Below are positions 55,927 through 64,000 of a stretch of 64,000 bases of DNA, piece after piece. The notes beneath the pieces were generated by a model. That model was not told the DNA's origin and did no database searches. It saw only the letters and a list, made by a program, of their open reading frames with translations. Position numbers and translations under genes: made by a program. The stretch's first letter is position 1. Every line of letters begins with the position of its first letter. Source of the stretch: a virus; IMG/VR virus record IMGVR_UViG_3300036861_001106, positions 45,531-109,530 of that record; one strand, given 5' to 3'.

Positions 55927-57700
55927 GCCTCGACCACCCTTCCCTCGCGCGTCAGGCGCCCCGCCATGCCCGCCCGCTGCAGCCACGCCAACCACCCAAT
56001 CGCCTCCCCGCGCCCCGCGACCCGCCGGAACTCGCACCACGCCCCGTCAACGCGCCGCTCGACCACGTACCCCACCCTGACCTCCTTCCTGCCTCCTCGT
56101 CTCCGCTCGCGCCTACTCCCCGCTGCTGGAGTACCCCGCCGTCAGTGCCTGCAGCACCTCCCGGACGTGCGCCAGTTGCTGCTCTTCTACTGCGCGCGTC
56201 GCCGCTCCTCCCGCCCATGCCGCCGCCCGCGCTGCCGTCGCTGCCGCCTCGCTCGCTGCCCGCGCCGCCCGCATCGCCGCTCTACACACCGCCCTCAGCT
56301 CCGCCGTCGTGACCTCCCCGCGGAGCCACCGCCGCTTCGCCTCGATGGCCGCCCACGAGCGCGCGTCTGGCTCCCGCCCCGCCGCCCGCTCCGCCTGCAG
56401 GGCGTCCTCCGCGAAGTTGCACGCGAGCCAGTGCAGGGCTGCCGCTGGCAGGAACTCCTCGCGGAGGAGGAGCCAGAGTCGATCCGCCGCAGGGATCGGG
56501 AGGTCGCAGGCCTCCAACGGGGTAAGCTCCGCGCGCCCCGCCGCCAGGGTCTCGACTCGCGCCCGACTGTAGCACGGATCAAAGCTCATCACCAGGTCAA
56601 CCGTCAGGTTCCTCACTCCAGCACCTCCTCCACATGCTCCCGCGGGAACCGCGCCAGGATCGCGCCCAGCGCCCGCAGGGCCTGGCGGCGCGCCTGCGAG
56701 CGCGACCGCGTGAAGCCCGCCGTCGCACAGACCACCGTCCGCACCGCGCGCCCCTGGGGGTCATGGTGTGTACAGGTCACCAGCCCGTCAAAGCCACCCT
56801 CCGCCGCGCGCGTGATTGCCCGGTACGTCCGGGTCGGCAGGTCAGGCTCAAACGTGGGCGACCACACCCGGTACGTGCTGATCATTACTCTCTTCTCCTA
56901 ACCGTTAGGTCCTCCTCGCAGGCTCTTGTCATAGTTACAGATTCAAATCGCCTAGTTTTCATCGCGCCTGTTCCTGCAGCCGCCGAATCTTGGAGTCCTG
57001 TGCCGTGTCTAGAACCATCGTCGCGCGCTCAACTGTTTCTTCGTCCCAGGATGTTGGATCCAAGGGGATGCCCGCCTTCCTGAGCGCTCGCTCTGCTTCC
57101 TGCGTCGTTAGCTGTGCCTGTTCCCATGTCATGGCCTATCCCTCCTCCTCGTCTGGCCAGCAAGTGACTTCCTCGCGCTTGTTGCTGTATCGCCCCGTTC
57201 CCGTCAGGTATTCATAGTCATCCTGACAGAGAGTCCCGTCGGCATCATAGTCCTTTCCGGCGATCGGCTCTCTCCCTGTGAGGAGCCGAAACCCAGGGTA
57301 AACCCTTGGCGACCCGTTAGGCTTTCGGCAATAGAGACAGTAGACAGTTGATGCTCCTCCGTCAAATCCTGTGCCTGGCGATACCATGTATCCCGTTCCC
57401 TCGCAGTGTTCGCAACCCTTCATCCCTCGCTTCCCTCCCGCTGGAGTTCGCCCAGCAACGCCTTCCCAGCGTCCGTGTAGCCGCAAACGGCATCCCTTCC
57501 CTCTCCCTGGCACCACACGAGTCCCTTCTTCACGAGGGATGACAGCACGCCTGCCCGGCTCCTGGAGCCGCTGACCACGCTCCAGGACCAGGGACGGGAG
57601 TCGGCGGTCCCGTCAGAGTACTCATCCTCCATGATGGCCAGGAAGACGTCCAATTCCTTCGTGGTCAGATTCCGCCGTGCATCCATCTTCATCCCTTCAT

Positions 57701-58401
57701 CCCCTCTAGCCGTGCCTTGAGCCGCTCGTCCGCACACCGACACTGCGTAGAGTACCGCTCGCCTTCTCCTCCTCGGATTCTGCCTTATTGAGCGCGTCCG
57801 CTCGCGCTCTCGCAGCTTCACGGGACACAAAACGAATCAATTGCCCATTCTTCCCTTTGAGGTAGCATCGTCCCTCCGGCTTGCAGACGAAGTATCTTCG
57901 CTTGCCTGCCCCGTCGTTGGCCGCGCGCCACTTGACAATTTCCATTGCGTTAGCTCGCCTTCGCCACCTCTCCGCCGACGAACTCTCGTAGCACCTCGCG
58001 CTGGCGAAGGGCTGCAGCGAACTCGCTCGTTGCTTCCGCCCGTGTCAATCGCTCTTCTGCTGTCAGTGTTCCCATAATTGAGTCCCTAACTCCAATCCGT
58101 CACCACGCGCCCGTCGCACAGGATACGGCCAGCCATTCCCTCTCTGTCTAGCCACAGCAACCATTTCAAAGCGCCGATTCGCTGTTCTGCTGTGGTGAAC
58201 GCTTGCCAGCCGTTCTCTGTGAGACATTGAATTTGGTAACGCATCCCTTCAAATCTCCCTACCAAGAGGCGCCGATCGCGCCTTAAACCCGCCGACCGAG
58301 TCGAACAGCCCGACGTCCCCTGCGGGCTAATCTCTTACCCCTTCCCCTCCAGCCGTGCCTTGAGCCTCTCGTCGGCGCACCGACACTGCGTAGAGTACCG
58401 C
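57701..58401. repeat. 58-bp direct repeat (57701-57758 / 58344-58401)
   Basis: 54/58 identical by eye. Confidence 0.85.
58286..58328 (-). ncRNA. tRNA-like minihelix (acceptor-like stem plus T-arm)
   Basis: AGCCCGC/GCGGGTT stem, AGGGG linker, GGCTG-TTCGACT-CGGTC. Confidence 0.5.
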
Positions 58402-61400
58402 ACGCGCCCGTAGTAGTCATTTCCCTCCCAGACGTCGGCAGCATCCCTCTTGTCAGCGTAATCCTCTGCCCCCGCGTACTTCACCTGCCAGGACTCCACC
58501 ACGGCCGTCGGGAACCGCTCGAAGAGGAGGTCGAAGAATGCGCAATGCCCATGGTAACAGACCGCGTTGACCCGCCGCGGCCGCTCATGGTGAAGTTGAT
58601 CCACGCGCCGGAACTTCTCCCCCAGCGGTCTTAGCGTGAACCTGACGATGACTCCCCACTTCCGCGACACCTGGGCCGTCCCCACACTCAGCTTGACGCC
58701 GACCTCAGCCGCGACCTTCTCTAGCTCGCTGGCCGCAACAGCCTTGCACGTCATCCCTGTTCCCTCCTCCTGGCCTCTATCGTCCGAATCTTGTCCGGCA
58801 ATCGCATCGGACAGCATCCCCTTCATCCGCCATAAACTGCGCACACCACGAGGCCTTTGGATTCTGAATCTCGATGATGGCCAGGGACTCGATGTCAAAT
58901 GGCTCGCTCGCGTCGCCCAGCCGCGTCAAGCGCTCCTCCTGCTCCTCCTCCGTGGCCCCATAGTCGGCAAGCTCTTCCTGCGATACCCCGAGGTGGTCGA
59001 TTTTCCCCGAGTCCGCCAATTCGTCTAGCGCGTCCTGCAAACAGTCCGCGAATACAACGCCGACTGCAAACCCATGGTCATGAAACAGCCAGGGGCGCAC
59101 GTTGTACGGGTTACTCTCCCCCGCTGGAATCCAATCGAGCGGATTCACCACGTCGGCGTCAGTGAACGTAAGCTCCCCGTACTGCAGTTTGATGATGGCA
59201 TCCATGGTCGTCTCCTCCTTCTACTCCTGGACTCCAACCGATCGGATGATTGCCACGAGCGAGAGACCGTCAGTCGTGATGAAGTCTAGCTCTCCCTCGT
59301 CGTATGCCCCGCAGGGTTGATGCTCATGTACTTCCTGCCCATGCTCCCGCACGGCTCGTCGTGCTATCTCCGTCGCTCGCTCTGCCGTCGCACAGATGGC
59401 TGCAAGCTCAAACGCCCTTCCACTCACGGTCGCGCGCTCAACAACCCAAACTCTCATCCTCGTTCCTCCCTACTCCTCCCCAAACCGCTCCGTGTACCGC
59501 TCCACCCAGTCACCCCAACAGCCCACATAGAACGTCCCCCGCGCGTAGTCGAATAGCACCGTCAGCGCGTACGCGTCCCCCATGTTCACGTACTCTAGCC
59601 CGTGGAACTCCCTCAGCGTGTCCTGGCGCGACCTGAGGACCTCAACCCCATGCCCGCCGATGAGCTCGTCGATCCGCCCGAGCGCCATGCCCGCATTGCA
59701 CGTCTTGTCGTCGCGGTAGTCCTCCATGACCCGCCGTACCGCCGTCGGACACTTGCAGCCTAGCCTCTCGATCGTCTTCACGCTCGGTAGTCGCATCCTC
59801 GTTCCTCCTACTCCAGTTATCGGCGTGCGCTCGCTCCCCTGTATCGTCCGAACGGTGGAACCTAGCCGCACCTCTTCCTCAGTTCCCTCAGCCGTGCCTT
59901 GTCCCTCGTTGCGAATAGCCCGTCCAGTACCTTGCTGTGGACGCTCCCCAGGGTCTCGCTCCCGTTCCCGGCTTGCGAACCCGCGACGATCAGGTAGTGA
60001 AGCGCTCGCGCCTCCTCCTCCGTCAGTTCGATCCTGAACTTCAGCATCCCGCCGTCCTCTCCTCCGCCATGCGCTCGCCAACGAGCGCGTCAAGCGCCAA
60101 CCACGCCGCCGCTTCCCTCATGGCCGCATCCGATCGCCCGACCCCACCGATCGACCCCAGGATGCGGAAGTCATCCTCTCCCTCCTCCCCATCGAGGAGG
60201 AACACCTCGTCTCGCCCTGTGTCGCAACCTGTGTCCGGGTCGACGTCATCACGCCACGAGCGCCACCAGAAGCGGCGCTGTCCCTCAAGCTCCGCGCGGG
60301 CGAGCCGCATCGCCACAATGGCCCTGTCCCTCATCCCCACGTCCTGGCGCGCCAGGAAGAACTTGAACGCCGAGCGCAAACGCCAACAGGTCGCCATCTA
60401 ACCCTCCGCCTCGTGCCACATGGGCAGGAGATGCCCGTTCTTGCCCGACTCGTAAGCGGTGAAGTGAATGTCTTCCCCGTCCGCCAACCAGACGAACCCG
60501 CTGACCGTCTTCCCCCGCACCTTCACGCTCGCAGGGATGCTGAAGTATGTCTTAGGTTCACTCGTCAGCCGCGCGTACCGCCGGACTCCGTCGCTACAGA
60601 GCACCTTCCGCGCACCGACTCGCACCTCGTACTCTTCCCAACAACGGCGCGTGACGAACTCTGCCTTCATCGCCTAACCCTCCTCGTCCGGGTCTCGCGC
60701 GACGTAGTACGCCAGGAGCCGCCCGTCGCCACCATGTAGTTCACTCCCCTGCCAGGAGCCTCCGAACCCTAGAGCCCTGACTCTTTGCCGGATCCCCTCC
60801 TCCGTTCGGCTACACTCAACAAGCTCGTGGCTCGCATGATCGCCGATGATGACTGCAATGAAGATCACCATTACCTAACCCTCCTCGATCCGCACCACCA
60901 CGCGCACCACGTAGCGTCCCCCACCCTCCCAGCAGAAGAGGAGGTGCGTGAAGCCCGCCGCCAACAGGTCCTCCCTCTCCCTCGCCCAGGCGCGCGAGAG
61001 CCTGCCGTCGTCAAGCCGGATGGCCGTGCCATGCTCCTGGAGGTGCGCCAGCACGCTCTCCTCCTCGTCGAAGTCGCAGACCGAGTAGGGTCCCCCGCAG
61101 CCAAGCTGTTCCGCCAGCCGCGCGCGTGTCACGCGACCCTTGATCACCTTGCACCTCCGCGCCTCGCGAATCGCTTCCGCCGCACCGTGAACCGCTCGCC
61201 AGCAATCGTCAGGACCTCCCAGGCACAGGGGACCACGTAGAGCGTCGCCCGCTCTCGCGCGGTCTCAATCGCGACGCTACACCTCTCCTTCATGGTGCCT
61301 ACGTCCTCAGGCACGTCGACGCGGTAATAGTCGTATCGGTACCTGCTGGCCATCTATCCCTCCTCTTGGCCATTGCGCCAGATTGAAACAAGCTCGTAAC

Positions 61401-62486
61401 CCGCGGGTATCTCCTCATCGCCCTGTTCCCAACCGTGTTCTCCCGCTATCGCGTGAGTCCAGCAGAGGTGTCCGAATCCCTCTGGCGAACTCTTGTAGCG
61501 AATGACACGGTAGGTTAGCATCGGGAAGTCTCTAGAATAGCTCTTCGCTTGAAGTTCAGCCGTCTGGAGACTGTAGCCGTAGAAGGCATGCTCTCTGGCC
61601 ATCTATCCCTCCTCTTCGTAGGTCGGCGGGTACCATCGCGTACCGTCGGGCCGATCAACAAACGCGAGTCCATGCTCCTCCTGGAGCCGTTGGGCGATAG
61701 CACACGCGGCCGCATAGCTCGTCGACTTGTCTGCGGGCCGATAGCCGCCGAGCGCTTCGCTATCATGTACGAACACGTAATAGACCTGTCCAAGCTTCCG
61801 CACATCAATCCTCCTCGGTCGCCAATCGCCTACCCCCGATCGAGCACCACCACCTGACCGCCCAGTAACTCCCAGCGTACCTCCCGTAACTCTCTGGCGC
61901 TGAACAGGCTTCCAGCAGCGAACGCGTGTTCCCCGTTCACCCAGAGCCGCGGGTGACACCAGATGCAGTCCTCGTCGTCGCAGTCCTCCTGGTCGCAACA
62001 GTCGCGTGACCTCTCCTCCTCCTCCCGTGCAGCCTCCTCCGCCGCCGCAAGCGCGAGATCAGGCCTGAGCGCAACGTAGGTGCCCATCGCGTCGCATTGT
62101 GAGTAGCCGTAGCTTGCCGCGTAGTACGTGAACCGTCCCATTGTCCCCACCGTTCCCTTCCTAACCCGAGTAGTCGCCCGACTGAACCTAGAAGCCCGAC
62201 AATCCGATTCCTGAGGCCTCCCTGACCCAGGAGGCCTCACCCCCTGCCCAGTCTCAACCAGCCGTGTCCTAGCGGCCCCGACGCCTGACCTCTGCCACCA
62301 CGAACCCCGCAGCGTAGACCGCTGGAGCCACCTGTCTCCACCCTCTCCCCTCCAGCTTGCTGCAGGCCTCCACCACGCTCCCCGTCCGGCGCTCCCGCAA
62401 CGTCGTGCGCCCCGTGTCAACCCGCGTGTAAGTGACGGTAACCACCCTGACCTCCTCCCAACTACGAGGCCCACAAGCAGGCCCAA

Positions 62487-62530
62487 AGCCGTGTCCGGGA
62501 GTCGAACCCGGACCAACACCCCTCACGGCC
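62487..62530 (-). ncRNA. tRNA-like minihelix (acceptor-like stem plus T-arm)
   Basis: GGCCGTG/CACGGCT stem, AGGGG linker, TCCGGG-TTCGACT-CCCGGA. Confidence 0.55.
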
Positions 62531-64000
62531 TCCCAGCCAGGCGCCGGACCCAACCGACCAGCCGCCACCACCAACGACCGACGTCCACCACCCAGACCTT
62601 CCCGTCCTCCGCATCGAACAACTGAATCACTTCGTCCCTCCGGCCCCACCGGCGCCACCTAGCACCCAGCAACCCAGCAGAACTCCGACTCCTGGCACGG
62701 CTGACCGCTAGCTCCCCCACCGGTCAACCCCGCACCCCTCCTCCTCCAGCTTCTCGATCTCACGCCAGAAGGCCTCACGACGCCCCAGAAGGCCAAGGTA
62801 CTCCGGCGTCCTTCCCTCCCGTAGCCAGAGGTCAGCGCAACGGTTGTCTAGCCGGTGGAACTCAGCCCTGAGCTCACTCAGGTACGCGCGTGCTGTCCCT
62901 CGGACGATCATGGCCCCCTCCTCCTCCAACAGCCAGGCCCACCATCGAGCCAACCCCCACCCCCGTCTCGAACCAGCCACTCCCCGACGGAGAGTAGGAC
63001 GTCAACCCTCCCCCCTACTCCCCTGACCGCCAGGAGGCCCTGGCAACCCTGCCTAGTAACCCCGCAGCGCCCGATTGAATGGCTCCTGCGCCCCATCATG
63101 GATGTACAGGTTCCGGTCAGCCGACCGATCGTAAGCTGACACCTCCCAGGGGTACTCGCAGTTCCAATCTGCCAGCTTCCGCCGACACTCCTCCTCCGTG
63201 GCCGCGTAGTCAAGCACGACCGACTCCTCAGCCCCAGGCTCATCCCGAAAAATCTGATACCGTCGCTTCATCACCTTTCCTCCAAAAACCTTGACAAGCC
63301 AACCCTGCGGACGCTTCCTCGGTGAAACAAACTCGTTTCACCACAACGTTCGGCCCCTAGAAGCCGCGAGCCTTGAGGAGTAGCCAACCGATCAGCACAA
63401 TCACGAACGGCATCGCGAACAGCGCACACACAGTCAGGAACGTCATCAAACCTAGCATTGTCCTTCTCCTTTCTTGCGTAGGTCGGGAGGCCCTCGACCC
63501 CTCCTTCTAACATCGGTCGGCAACCCACACCCTGCGCCGACCCCCTCCGCAGTTCCGTCTCCAGGATTTTCATCCTCGGTCCGTTCCTGCTTCCACAACA
63601 GTTATCGGTTGACCTCCTGCTTGCCTGTAGGGCTTTCTTCAGCTTTCTTTCTCCAGCCACCACCCTTCCCTGCAGGAGCCGTGCCAATGCCCTGTGCCGT
63701 GCGCCAGGGCTCGATTCTAGGTGGGTCTGGCGCAGGCCCGGTGTCTCCAGGCCTGACCTGCGAGGATTGGCGTCCTACGGGGTTGCCGTGGCGTGCCTTA
63801 GGATAGAGGTGTGGATTGACAACCGTGCGAGGGCTATTACGGTTGGTAAGATCCGAGTATACCTGATTACGTTTCGGATGTTCCTTGCCTAGCTCTGGCG
63901 TTATGTCATAGCACCCCAGCAGGTCGGCCTGTTCCGCTCGATCCGGGGGACCCCTGCCGGCTTGTTCCGGGGGACCAGGGGGGGGGAGGCGGGGCCGGGT

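Larger units (their letters stand above)
56113..63274 (-). other. dense array of small hypothetical early genes (about 25 ORFs)
   Basis: purine-rich minus strand; short ORFs each with a GGAGG-type SD overlapping the previous stop. Confidence 0.65.

Noticed and set aside
58286-62530. Bona fide tRNA genes
   Set aside because: Only T-arm and acceptor-like stems are present; no D arm, anticodon arm or CCA.
63816-63846. TTGACA promoter near the window end
   Set aside because: No -10 at 16-18 nt spacing (TATTAC is at 13); only a short AACCGT/ACGGTT inverted repeat.
63940-64000. G-rich end as a genome terminus or G-quadruplex
   Set aside because: Truncated by the window edge; cannot be evaluated.

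Overview
High-GC dsDNA phage (or prophage) genome segment. 1-19.4 kb (+): virion/tail genes interleaved with a glycan-modification cluster (two GT9-like glycosyltransferases, three SAM methyltransferases, a sulfotransferase-like protein). This part also holds a small structural gene split by two compact group I introns, next to a free-standing LAGLIDADG endonuclease. 19.4-42.3 kb (-): resolvase, HldE-like heptose kinase, membrane/holin-like genes, orphan PAS and ETR1-like sensor domains, a DNA methyltransferase with a nested out-of-frame HNH gene, DnaE, a putative origin, split primase/helicase, SSB, RecT-like protein, kinase-UDG fusion, ParB-like proteins and an SNF2 helicase. 42.4-44.9 kb (+): an isolated terS/terL pair behind a divergent promoter switch. 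45-63.3 kb (-): many small early genes, including a PEP-CTERM protein, an HNH gene, a Dam-like MTase with a PD-(D/E)XK nuclease, and tRNA-like minihelix elements. The best candidate for an undescribed system is an intact IscB (50075-51361). Its omegaRNA 5' end is the last repeat of a mini CRISPR array with type I-E-like sequence and geometry (29-nt repeat, 32-nt spacer, 61-nt period), and no cas or tnpA gene is present. All calls come from reading the sequence by eye; no database searches were run.
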